A stretch of DNA of 40,030 nucleotides from an uncultured Gemmatimonadaceae bacterium (lineage in GTDB: Bacteria > Gemmatimonadota > Gemmatimonadetes > Gemmatimonadales > GWC2-71-9): contig CAZVKD010000001.1 in assembly GCA_964627675.1 (NCBI GenBank), positions 1 through 40,030 on the forward strand. Reading direction: 5' to 3'. Numbering within the stretch: position 1 is the stretch's first letter; every line of letters begins with the position of its first letter. This document shows positions 6,445 to 15,334 of the stretch, piece by piece. A model generated the notes under the pieces. The model did no database searches, was not told where the DNA came from, and was given only the letters and a program-made list of their open reading frames with translations. The position numbers were made by a program, and so were the translations under genes.

Positions 6445-8646
6445 CTACGCCTGCAACGCGCGCAGCTCGGTGTTGGCATAGCGCAGCCGGATGGCGAGCG
6501 CTTTGGCCAGGGCCTCCAGCAGCTGGAGCGCCATCCGCTTGTGCTCCTCGGCGAGCCGGTCGAAGTCGGCGCGGCTCAGCACGAAGAGATCGGTGTCGGT
6601 GAACGCGACGGCATCCGCCGAGCGCGGCTGGCGATCCAGAAACGCCATCTCGCCGAAGAAGTCGCCCCGGCCGAACGTGCTCACGTGGTGCCGCTCCCGT
6701 TCGTTCAGCGGGAACATGATGCGTACCGAGCCTCGCCGAATGAGGAAGAGATCGTCCCCGGTATCGCCAAGCTTGAAGATCGTGTCGCCGGCCTTGTAGG
6801 ATCGCCGCCCCAGCAGCGCCTCCAGCGCCGCCAGCGTCTCCGCCTTTCGTCCGGCGAACAACGCGATCTCCTTCAGCTCGAGCGGCCGTTCGACCTCTCG
6901 CGCGAGCCGGACCTCCTCCAGGATCCGATCCTCGACCCACTCGAGCGCTCCGTCCAGCTCATCGAACACGCGCACCACGCTGTGGGCCCGAACCAATCCC
7001 ACCTCGCCGAAGTAGGCCCGCACGTCCTGCCCGGTGGGCAGCCGATGCGGCACCGCACTGAGCACCAGGAACCCCTGGTGCTCCGCCAGCGTGTCCTTGA
7101 CCAACTCGAGCACGTGTGCCGCCGTCACGTCCACCGACTGCACGCGACGCATGTCCAGGATGACATACCGCCGTCGCTCCAGGTGCGCATCCAGGACGCT
7201 GGAGAGCTGGTCCGCCGTCCCGAAAAAGAGGCTGCCCTGAAGCTCGAGGATCACGGTCCGCTCGCCGCGCTCGCGCAGCACCTCCATTTCCTCGGGCAGG
7301 CGCACGCGCTTGGAGAACCGTTCGTTTCCCAGCGCCTGGCGCCGCACCACCGCGCCGCCGATTTGTTCGCGCAGGAACAGCCCGATAGCCAGCGCCACAC
7401 CCACGCCGGACGCCGCTATCAGATTGACCGACAGCGCGGTCACCACGACCGCCGCGATCACGGCGAAATCGAGCACCGTGGATCGCGAGCGGAGAAAGTG
7501 AAGGCTGCGGCGGTCAATCATGCGCGCGCCGACAACGATCAGAATGCCGGCGAGTGCCGCTACCGGTACCCACGCGATCACCCGACCGAGTGCCAAAAAG
7601 GCGACGAGCGAAAGCCCGCCCTCGATGACGCCGGACCGCCGCGTGACGGCCCCGCTGGAGAGGTTCACCAGCGTGGCCCCCATGGTGCCGGCGCCGGGAA
7701 CGCCGCCGATCAGGGCCGAGGCCAGATTTCCGCACCCCTGACCCAGCAGCTCGCGATTCGAGTCGTGCCGGGAGCGAGTGATGGCATCGAGCACCACGCA
7801 GGTCTTCAGCGTGTCAATGGATAGCAGGACGGTGAGGGTGAGCGCGGGCACCATGACACCGGCGTAGTCGGCGAACGCCAGGTGCCTCATGGCGGTCAAT
7901 CGCCCGGCGAACGCGTCCGCCAATCCCCCGGCGGCACCCTGCAACGGCCCAACCACCAGATGGTTGTTCTCGAGCAGGAGCAGTTCGCGGTCCGCGAGGG
8001 CGAGCGCGCCGTAGGTCAGCAGGCCGCCGCCGAGCCCGAGAATCGCCGCCGGCACGACTTTGACCAGTCGCGCCGCCGCGACCATCACCGCGATCGTCGC
8101 AGTCCCCACCGCGATTGCCTGCCACTCCCACGCCCCCGGCGCTCCGAGCGAGGCCCAGAAGTGCATGCCCTTGGGAACGCCGAGCAACTTCGGCACCTGT
8201 GTCGCAATGATGATGAACCCCACGCCAGTGAGGTAGCCACTCACCACGGGATACGGCATGTACTTGATCAGCCGCCCAAGACCGACCAGGCCAACGACCA
8301 CCTGCAACAGGCCGGTGATGACTCCGATGAGGGCGAGCAGCAGGAGCGCCAAGTCCGGCGTGACGCCTCTGGCGAGGAGGTCGGTGGCCAGGGCCGAGAG
8401 AACCGCGGCTGCGGGGGCGCACGGGGCCGTGATGAGACGGTTGGTTCCGCCCAGCGCCGGCGCCACCAGCCCCAGTGCCGTGGCGCCCAGCATCCCGGCC
8501 AACGCGCCGTAGGCGGCATACGTTCCGCCGAGCGGCGCGTAGATGGTCACGCCGTAGGCAATGGCCGAGGGCAGCGCCACCAGCATCGCGGCCAATCCCC
8601 CCCAGGCATCGCCGGCCAGGTTCCCGTGCCCGCGCGTCGGGACCAT
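6445..8646 (-). CDS. SulP-family anion transporter fused to STAS and cyclic-nucleotide-binding domains
   Basis: The N-terminal polytopic region (…LVALPSAIAYGVTIYAPLGG…) is typical of SulP. A STAS-like middle segment follows (…VILELQGSLFFGTADQL…YVILDMRRVQSVDVTAAHVL…). The C-terminal cNMP-binding signature is …GDFFGEMAFLDRQPRSADAVA…. I prefer ATG 8646 over TTG 8655. Confidence 0.85.
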   Translation of the reverse strand: MVPTRGHGNLAGDAWGGLAAMLVALPSAIAYGVTIYAPLGGTYAAYGALAGMLGATALGLVAPALGGTNRLITAPCAPAAAVLSALATDLLARGVTPDLALLLLALIGVITGLLQVVVGLVGLGRLIKYMPYPVVSGYLTGVGFIIIATQVPKLLGVPKGMHFWASLGAPGAWEWQAIAVGTATIAVMVAAARLVKVVPAAILGLGGGLLTYGALALADRELLLLENNHLVVGPLQGAAGGLADAFAGRLTAMRHLAFADYAGVMVPALTLTVLLSIDTLKTCVVLDAITRSRHDSNRELLGQGCGNLASALIGGVPGAGTMGATLVNLSSGAVTRRSGVIEGGLSLVAFLALGRVIAWVPVAALAGILIVVGARMIDRRSLHFLRSRSTVLDFAVIAAVVVTALSVNLIAASGVGVALAIGLFLREQIGGAVVRRQALGNERFSKRVRLPEEMEVLRERGERTVILELQGSLFFGTADQLSSVLDAHLERRRYVILDMRRVQSVDVTAAHVLELVKDTLAEHQGFLVLSAVPHRLPTGQDVRAYFGEVGLVRAHSVVRVFDELDGALEWVEDRILEEVRLAREVERPLELKEIALFAGRKAETLAALEALLGRRSYKAGDTIFKLGDTGDDLFLIRRGSVRIMFPLNERERHHVSTFGRGDFFGEMAFLDRQPRSADAVAFTDTDLFVLSRADFDRLAEEHKRMALQLLEALAKALAIRLRYANTELRALQA

Positions 8647-8733
8647 GGGGCGCAAGTATACGCCGCGGAGCGAATCCCCGGAGCTTGCGCCCCCTTTCTG
8701 GGCGGCACCCCCGAAGGCGGTGCCCCAGCCCGA

Positions 8734-10503
8734 TCAGCGCCGGGCCATGCCGAGGTACTGCCTGACCTGGGATTCGAGGACGCCGAGCGGGATGGCGCCG
8801 TTCCGCAGCACCACGTCGTGGAACTCGCGGATGTCGAACGCGGGTCCAAGCATCTCTTCCGCCTCGCGCCGAAGCTCGCGGATCTTGAGCTCGCCGATCT
8901 TGTAGGCCAGCGCCTGGCCGGGCCAGGAGATGTATCGGTCAATCTCGGTCCGGACCTCGTGGAGCGAGAGCGCCGTGTTCTGCGCCAGGAAGTCCATCGC
9001 CCGCTGGCGCGACCAACCCATGGCGTGCATCCCCGTGTCCACGACGAGGCGACATGCCCGCCACATCTCGTACGTCAGGCGGCCGAACTGGCGGTACGGG
9101 TCCTGATAGAATCCCACCTCCAGTCCCAGTCGCTCCGAGTACAAGCCCCAGCCTTCCGTGAAGGCGGTGGCGTCGGCGAAGCGCCGGAACGGCGGCACGC
9201 CGGTCAGTTCCTGCGCCAGCGCGATCTGGAGATGATGCCCGGGGACGGCTTCGTGCAACGTCAGCGCCTCGAGCACGTAGAGGGGACGACTGGCGAGCGC
9301 ATACGTGTTGACCCAGTAGTACCCGGGCTGGGTGCTCCCCACGGGCGCGCCGACGTAGCGCCCACCGGTGAATTTCGTCGCGATCTCGTCGGGCACCGGC
9401 GCCACGCCATAGGGAAGCCGCGGCAGGGTCTTGAACAACGCCGGCAGCTTGCCGTCCATGCGTTTGGCGATATAGGACGCCTCTTTGAGCAATTCCTCAG
9501 GCGTCCGCGCGTAGAACCGCGGATCCGTGCGGAGGAATCTCAAGAAGGCCTCGAAGTCGCCGCGAAAGCCCACCCGTTCGATGACTTGCTCCATCTCCGC
9601 GCGGATACGCCGGACCTCCGCCTGTCCGGTCCGGTGCACGGCCTCGGGCGTCAGGGGGAGCGTGGTGAAGTGCTCCACGAGATGGGTGTAGTAGTCGCGG
9701 CCGTTGGGCAGCTCCGAGGCCCCGATACTGGTTCGCGCGCCCGGCATGTACTCTCGCGTCATGAACTCCAGGAAAGCGCGATAGCCGGGGACGACGCTCT
9801 CGGCGATGGCGGCCACGCCCGCCGCTTCGAGCCGCGCGCGCTCGCCCTCCGGCACGGTGGTGGGGAAGGCGGCGAAGGGCCGATAGAACGCGCTGCGCCG
9901 GGGATCGTCCACCACGTGCACCCGGATGGTCTCGTCGTAGCCTTCGAGGACCACGCGAGGCTGAGTAAAACCGATCTCGAGCCCGCGCCGCATGAGCGCG
10001 ATATGCTGATTGGCATACTCCGCAAACGCCCGCAGTCGCGCGATATAATTCTCGTAGTCCTGCACGGTGGCGAGCGGCACCTCGCTTGGCAGCCGAGCGA
10101 AGCCGATGTGAAACCCCCAGTCGGCCGTGAGCGGCATCAGGTACGCCTGGAACTCGAAGTCGGTGAGCTCGTCACGCAACTGCCGAACCAGGATGTCGTA
10201 GCTCACTTGATCGGCGCTTCGAAGCCGGCGGCGATCCACGCGCTCGAGACGTCGGAGAAACTCCCGCTTCGCCGCTGCGCGGCGCTCCTGGTCCTCAAGG
10301 CCCACCGCGGGAAGGCGATGGTTGTACCGCGAGTCGCCCGCGCTCGTGGCAAGTAGCGGATCTTCGCGCAGCTGGAATTCCCAGATCTGGTTCACCAATT
10401 CGCCGAACCGGGGGGTGGGATCGGCGAGACAGCCGCCGAGGATCAACATCGCCACCACGGCCCTGCGACCGTGCGCGAACCGCCGGAGAGGTGGGTGAGT
10501 CAT
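8734..10503 (-). CDS. DUF885-family protein (metallopeptidase-like HExxPGHHxQ motif), predicted lipoprotein
   Basis: LHEAVPGHHLQ is the DUF885 hallmark. I prefer ATG 10503 (MTHPPLRRFAHGRRAVVAMLILGGC, a signal peptide plus lipobox). The longer track ORF to 10737 would cover the divergent promoter region. Confidence 0.8.
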   Translation of the reverse strand: MTHPPLRRFAHGRRAVVAMLILGGCLADPTPRFGELVNQIWEFQLREDPLLATSAGDSRYNHRLPAVGLEDQERRAAAKREFLRRLERVDRRRLRSADQVSYDILVRQLRDELTDFEFQAYLMPLTADWGFHIGFARLPSEVPLATVQDYENYIARLRAFAEYANQHIALMRRGLEIGFTQPRVVLEGYDETIRVHVVDDPRRSAFYRPFAAFPTTVPEGERARLEAAGVAAIAESVVPGYRAFLEFMTREYMPGARTSIGASELPNGRDYYTHLVEHFTTLPLTPEAVHRTGQAEVRRIRAEMEQVIERVGFRGDFEAFLRFLRTDPRFYARTPEELLKEASYIAKRMDGKLPALFKTLPRLPYGVAPVPDEIATKFTGGRYVGAPVGSTQPGYYWVNTYALASRPLYVLEALTLHEAVPGHHLQIALAQELTGVPPFRRFADATAFTEGWGLYSERLGLEVGFYQDPYRQFGRLTYEMWRACRLVVDTGMHAMGWSRQRAMDFLAQNTALSLHEVRTEIDRYISWPGQALAYKIGELKIRELRREAEEMLGPAFDIREFHDVVLRNGAIPLGVLESQVRQYLGMARR

Positions 10504-10683
10504 AGGGTGTCGTCCGTTCAAGGCAAGTGCGTGGCCGTTCAGCCGGTAATTGTCAATCGTGCAGGGGCCATCGGCAATAACGAAGACCGTGCGGTTTCTC
10601 TTGTGGCGCCGGGGGCCCGGGAGTAACCTGTCGTTCAAGCAGCGCATGAACGCGCTGAGGGCAGCAGGCTCGCGGGGACGCCG

Positions 10684-11073
10684 ATGATCCTGTTTCACCG
10701 TACCACAATTGGCGAGGCGCGCTCCATCGTCGAACACGGCTTTCGCGACTCGGAGTGGGATTTTGGACTACGCGACGCGAGGACCGGCGAGGACGTGAGC
10801 ATCACGGGGGTGTGGCTGGCCGATCGGGCCCTGGGCGAAGAGGACGGGTTGAGTGGTGACGCGCTGCTCGAAGTGAACCTCGAGGTCGCCGACGAGGACC
10901 TTCAGTCGTTCGAGCTCCAAGGGCTGCTCTGGCAAGGGCGCTTCTGGGTGGCCCCCGCCGACTTCGTGAACAAGCACGGTACGACGCGGATTCTCAATGT
11001 GGACCCCCGATCGTCCTGGGGTTGGCGCGCGATCAACGACGGCAGCGACGCCGGCGACGGCGGGGCACAATAG
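10684..11073 (+). CDS. Hypothetical protein (129 aa) with PARP/ADP-ribosyltransferase-like N-terminal motifs
   Basis: The start is ATG and the composition is balanced. ILFHRTTIGEARSIVEHGFR and TGVWLAD resemble PARP-type motifs (see the finding). It uses several A/T-ending codons (ttt, att, aca, cta, gga) that are unusual for this window. Confidence 0.55.
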   Translation: MILFHRTTIGEARSIVEHGFRDSEWDFGLRDARTGEDVSITGVWLADRALGEEDGLSGDALLEVNLEVADEDLQSFELQGLLWQGRFWVAPADFVNKHGTTRILNVDPRSSWGWRAINDGSDAGDGGAQ

Positions 11074-11074
11074 G

Positions 11075-12610
11075 TTAGCGCGACGCGACGAACCGCCGAG
11101 CCTCGTCCAACCCTGGCACGTCAGCGTCCGCCGAGTGCCAGATCTCCCGGAGCAGTTCGTACGCCCGCGTCGCCGCCCCGCGGTTGCCCGCGGCCACCGC
11201 CGCGCGGCCCAGCCCCCTGAGCGAGAGAGCGCGCCGGGGCGCCAGCTCCAGCGCCCGCGTGAACTCGCGCTCGGCCTCCGCCGCGCGCTCCAGTCCGAGG
11301 AGAATCTCGCCCAGCAGTTCATGGGAGGGCTTCACCACGTCCGGCGGGCCGAATTCCACGGGCATCCCATCCTCGAGCTTCGCCGCCTCGGACAGGAGCC
11401 CGATCCCGCGCTCGACCTGACCCTCCCCCACCGCCATGACACCGGCCAGTTGATTGGCAAGAATGCGCGGCACCACCCCGGCCGCTCCGCCGGCCGGCAC
11501 GGCACGCAACCGCTCGACGGCGCGCTGCGCCGCAACGCGGTCGCCGCGGTTGAACGCCGCGAACCCCGTCACGAACGCGTCAATGGCCTGCGCCACCGGG
11601 CCAGCGTCTAAGGCTTCAACAGTCCAGCGCAGCACTGGATCGTCCCACCGCTCCGTGTTGATCACGTAGTGCGCGCGCATGCTCACCAGATAGGCGAGCC
11701 GCTGCGCGCTCGGACGGTTCGCCGGAAGATCCTTTGCCCGCTCCAGCTGGGTCCGCGCCGCTTGGTGTTTTCCCTGTTGCAGGAGGCCGTACAGGTGCCA
11801 GGACGGGTAATGCCCCGGGCCCCAGTCGGTGAGATCGGCGGCGATCTTGTTCTGCGAAACCACGTCGTCCCACATCCCCAGCGCCAGGAAGATGTGCGTG
11901 GTCATGTGTTGGGCGTGCGGGGCGTCGGGCGCGATTCTCGAATACGCCCGGGCGGCCCGCAGGCCCAAGGGCGCGTGCGTGGGATCGTCGTATGAATGGA
12001 TGAGGTAGTGGGCGGCGCCCGGATGGTTGGGGTTGTCACGGAACACGTCCTCGGCCAGCGCGGCGGCACGCATGTACGCCGCCACCGACCGCACGCCCTG
12101 GCTCAAGCCCTGGAGCGCGAGAGCGTAGAACAACCGGGCTTCGTGATCGTCCGGGAACGCGTTCGCCAGCCGCTCCATCGCCGCCGCATACGCCGTGTCG
12201 CGTTCCGGCTTGGGGCCCTGCTCGTACAGGATTTCCACCGCGTCGAGGTACATTTTCTCCCGCTCCGTGGGCGCTTTCGCCCGGCGGGCCTCACGCGTGG
12301 GCGCGAGTCGGGCGAGGGCGGCAAGCGCCGCGTTCCGATCACGCTGGTTCCAGATGGGGTGGTTGTAGGTCATGGCCTCGCCCCAGTAGGCCATGGCGAA
12401 CCCGGGGTCTGCCTCCTGAGCCTTGCGGAAGGCCCGCGCCGCCGGCCCGTATTCGAACGAGTGCAGGTACAGCACCCCCTCGAGGAAGTGGGGCTGGGCC
12501 GCGACGGCGCCGGAGGTGGGAAACCGAATCGTACCCAGTCGGGCCTGAGCCGGAGCCGCCGCGTGAGCCAGAAGCGTGAGCACGGGCACGAGGAGTAGCG
12601 AGCGACTCAT
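11075..12610 (-). CDS. Secreted TPR-repeat protein
   Basis: I prefer ATG 12610 (MSRSLLLVPVLTLLAHAAAPAQA signal peptide). The body is helical-repeat rich, with TPR-like C-terminal repeats (…AEREFTRALELAPRRALSLRGLGRAAVAAGN…). Confidence 0.7.
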   Translation of the reverse strand: MSRSLLLVPVLTLLAHAAAPAQARLGTIRFPTSGAVAAQPHFLEGVLYLHSFEYGPAARAFRKAQEADPGFAMAYWGEAMTYNHPIWNQRDRNAALAALARLAPTREARRAKAPTEREKMYLDAVEILYEQGPKPERDTAYAAAMERLANAFPDDHEARLFYALALQGLSQGVRSVAAYMRAAALAEDVFRDNPNHPGAAHYLIHSYDDPTHAPLGLRAARAYSRIAPDAPHAQHMTTHIFLALGMWDDVVSQNKIAADLTDWGPGHYPSWHLYGLLQQGKHQAARTQLERAKDLPANRPSAQRLAYLVSMRAHYVINTERWDDPVLRWTVEALDAGPVAQAIDAFVTGFAAFNRGDRVAAQRAVERLRAVPAGGAAGVVPRILANQLAGVMAVGEGQVERGIGLLSEAAKLEDGMPVEFGPPDVVKPSHELLGEILLGLERAAEAEREFTRALELAPRRALSLRGLGRAAVAAGNRGAATRAYELLREIWHSADADVPGLDEARRFVASR

Positions 12611-12774
12611 GGCAGGGTTCCTGTCGGAGGGGGTGGCATGGCTCCCGAATCGCAGCAGATTACGCCCTCGCGGCAGGCGGAGCAAGCCGCTCGGAGGCCA
12701 TCGCCCTGGCGAGGCCCTCCGCGCCGGCGGCAACTTCTCGCCCATCGGCTGACCTTGATCAGGAGCGACGATTC

Positions 12775-13248
12775 ATGATACGCCGGCACGATCGTAACGC
12801 AGGCCGGGCGGTGGGTGCCTCGACCGTCGGGCTCTTGTCCGCGCTCTGCGGGATGGCCCAGGCTCAGGCGCCGCCCCGGGGCGACCCCAACACGCCCTTC
12901 GTGGTGGACTACTACTACAAGGTCCGCTGGGGTTTCGCCAACGAGTTCATTCAGCTCTTCAAGCGCAACCACTATCCGGTCCTGAAGAAGCAAGTCGAGA
13001 TGGGACGCATGCTCCAGGTCACCGCCGTGACGCCGCGGTACCACGGAACCGAGGACGGACGGTGGGACTACCGGGTCACGATCGTCTTCAAGAACGCCGC
13101 GGCACATGACGAGGAACCAGATCTCGAGCCCATCCTGCGCGAGCTGTACCCGGATCGCGCCAGGTTCGAGCGCGAGGAACAGCGGCGCTTCGAGATCCTC
13201 CTGGCGCATTGGGACGTCCCGGTGACGCCGGTGGATCTGACACGATAA
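12775..13248 (+). CDS. Hypothetical secreted protein (157 aa)
   Basis: ATG 12775 has an AGGAGCG RBS-like element about 8 nt upstream. The signal-like N-terminus is …VGLLSALCGMAQAQA. The composition looks coding (YYYKVRWGFANEFIQLFKRNHYPVLKK…). I do not confidently recognise a family. Confidence 0.6.
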   Translation: MIRRHDRNAGRAVGASTVGLLSALCGMAQAQAPPRGDPNTPFVVDYYYKVRWGFANEFIQLFKRNHYPVLKKQVEMGRMLQVTAVTPRYHGTEDGRWDYRVTIVFKNAAAHDEEPDLEPILRELYPDRARFEREEQRRFEILLAHWDVPVTPVDLTR

Positions 13249-13368
13249 GTGCACCTGCACGGTCGCGGGAGCACACACGATGCCCGATCTCCCGTTCGCC
13301 ACGCGCACCGGCGGCCGGGGCAGTATCGGAGTGGTCAGCGCGCCCGGTTTCAGCCTGATCTGCTCGCC

Positions 13369-14481
13369 TCAGGCTCGCTCGCGACAGGGAGCAATCAGCT
13401 CCCGCCGCACAAGCTGGGGAGTGCGGATCACGCGATAGAACGCGTCAAGATACTTCCCGACGTCCCTCGTGTACGCCGGGTCGAGATCCGGGACGCCGGA
13501 ATAGAGGGCATACGCCGAGTCCCTGACGGCTTCGAACCGCTGGAAGATCGGCGCCCATTCCTGCTCGGTGCGGCACGGGCCGCGGTACAACCGTTGTCGT
13601 ACCGTCGAGAGGCCCAGACGAGCGTCAGGGACGGCGTACTCCGTATCCACGATCCCGGTCCAGTCGAAGTCGTACGGTACCCCGGAGACGACGCCCGTGA
13701 GAGTGTCTTGCAACAGGCGGATGTTGTGCAGACCGAAGATTGACCAGTCCGTCCCGCCCACCATGTACTGGAACAACGACACCAGCCCGGCATTGGCCGA
13801 ATCCAGGTCGTCGAAACTCCCGCCTTCAACCTCGATCACCCTGGCGCCGTGACGCGCCGCCAGCCGATCGTGGTCCTCGACGAAGAACGAGTATATGGTC
13901 CGTGGCTCCAAGCGCCCATTCGCATCCAGGTAGGTGATACGGGCAAGGCGAACGCCGAAACTCCGCGGGGTCAGCAGCTGATACAGCCGATAAACCAGGT
14001 ACTCGCGTAACACATACTGCTCGTACTTGGCGCGGCGTGGCCTGCATGGGGTGGTGAGCTTCAATCTGTCCTGACCGGCGAACGGAGAGTTGGCCGGCTG
14101 CTCGGCGGGAAAACTCACTCGCAGCTGCGGGAAGTCGCAGTGATCGGGATCGAGCCTCCAGTGCCCGCGCGTTTTTAGCTCGACCGGAAGCGTCAGCGGC
14201 GAGCCGCTCTCGTCCGCGTAGCGCAGCGTGGCAGGATGCCACCGAGCTTTCGTGGAGTCACGATCCCGGACTACGCTTCGGAGGTCCGTTTCAATGGTGA
14301 GGAGCATGACGTCATGAGCGCCGAACAGCGGCTGTCCGTTGACCCGGGCACCAGGTGCCTGCTGGCCCGGAGGCTGCCGCGGTCGGGCGAACGCCGGGTG
14401 AACCGGTCCGACGGCGGAGCCGGCGGCGATGAGCAGCGTGCTGGCCAGTTGCAGGCATGGGGAGGGAGTCCAGAGTCGCAC
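13369..14481 (-). CDS. Hypothetical secreted protein (~370 aa), unknown family
   Basis: This is a long ORF with protein-like composition (…FVEDHDRLAARHGARVIEVEGGSFDDLD…FQYMVGGTDWSIFGLHNIRLLQD…VPYDFDWTGIVD…). I chose GTG 14481 (VRLWTPSPCLQLASTLLIAAGSAVG, signal-like) to avoid overlapping the divergent methyltransferase. The start is uncertain. Confidence 0.6.
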   Translation of the reverse strand: MRLWTPSPCLQLASTLLIAAGSAVGPVHPAFARPRQPPGQQAPGARVNGQPLFGAHDVMLLTIETDLRSVVRDRDSTKARWHPATLRYADESGSPLTLPVELKTRGHWRLDPDHCDFPQLRVSFPAEQPANSPFAGQDRLKLTTPCRPRRAKYEQYVLREYLVYRLYQLLTPRSFGVRLARITYLDANGRLEPRTIYSFFVEDHDRLAARHGARVIEVEGGSFDDLDSANAGLVSLFQYMVGGTDWSIFGLHNIRLLQDTLTGVVSGVPYDFDWTGIVDTEYAVPDARLGLSTVRQRLYRGPCRTEQEWAPIFQRFEAVRDSAYALYSGVPDLDPAYTRDVGKYLDAFYRVIRTPQLVRRELIAPCRERA

Positions 14482-14578
14482 GGCGCCACCCCGCGTGGCG
14501 GATCCGGCTCTAGCATACGAGGTCCGGGCCGCGCGTGGAAGGCAGCGGGCCGCGAGTTCACGAGCTAGGTTCGTGCCA

Positions 14579-15256
14579 ATGTCCGTGGCCCGGCACCTCG
14601 GCATCACGCTGTCGGAATACGACCGACGCATCCGCACGTTCATTCCGCGTTACGAGGAGATCCTCGACGTGGTGGCCGGGGTGCCTCGGCTCGTGCCGGC
14701 GCGCTCGCCCGTCATCGTGGACCTCGGGATCGGCACCGGGGCACTGGCATCCCGCTGCCTCATGGCGGCGCCGCGCGCCACGCTGATCGGGCTCGACGCC
14801 GACGCCGGCATGCTCGAGGCCGCGTCGCGACGCCTGACGCGATTCGCCCGCCGAATCCGCCTCGTGCACGGCAGCTTCGCGCGCACCGCCCTGCACCGGT
14901 GCGACGCGATCGTGGCGACGCTCGCGCTTCACCACATCCGAAGCGAGCGCGGCAAGCGGCGTTTCTACCGGCGGTGCTTCCGGGCCCTCCGCGCCGGGGG
15001 CGTGCTGGCGAGCGGGGACGCCTTCCTGGCGGACGACGCCCGGCTCAACCGGCAGTTCGTGGCGACGTGGATCCGCCACATGACCCGCACCTACGGGGCG
15101 CGGCGGGCGCGCGCGTTCCTCGAGTCCTGGGCGAGCGAGGATCGCTACTTCCCGCTCGGCTCGGAGATCGCCATGCTCGGCGGCGCCGGATTTCGCGCCG
15201 AAGTGCTGTGGCGGCAGCCGGCGTTCGGCGTCGTGCTCGGACGGAAGCCACCGTGA
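14579..15256 (+). CDS. Class I SAM-dependent methyltransferase
   Basis: VDLGIGTGALASR is motif I of the Rossmann-fold methyltransferases. I prefer ATG 14579 (MSVARHLGITLSEYD…). Confidence 0.75.
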   Translation: MSVARHLGITLSEYDRRIRTFIPRYEEILDVVAGVPRLVPARSPVIVDLGIGTGALASRCLMAAPRATLIGLDADAGMLEAASRRLTRFARRIRLVHGSFARTALHRCDAIVATLALHHIRSERGKRRFYRRCFRALRAGGVLASGDAFLADDARLNRQFVATWIRHMTRTYGARRARAFLESWASEDRYFPLGSEIAMLGGAGFRAEVLWRQPAFGVVLGRKPP

Positions 15257-15334
15257 CCTGATCCAATCGAGCGTCGGCCCCGGCAGCGCGTTCCCACGTT
15301 CGAGGATCGTGGACCAGGCCGGCCTCCGGTTGCT

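Noticed and set aside
7882-10356. 824-aa + strand ORF spanning the SulP and DUF885 genes in antisense
   Set aside because: It crosses an intergenic region and two recognisable minus-strand genes. It has Arg/Gly/His-rich nonsense composition. Long antisense ORFs are expected at this G+C content.
10504-10737. N-terminal extensions of track ORFs (e.g. DUF885 to 10737, TPR to 12745, GNAT to 33847, D-aminoacylase to 38400, propeller from 20639, DmpA from 27189)
   Set aside because: In each case an internal ATG or GTG yields a canonical signal peptide, lipobox or family N-terminus. The extension is Arg-rich and would overlap a divergent gene or promoter region.
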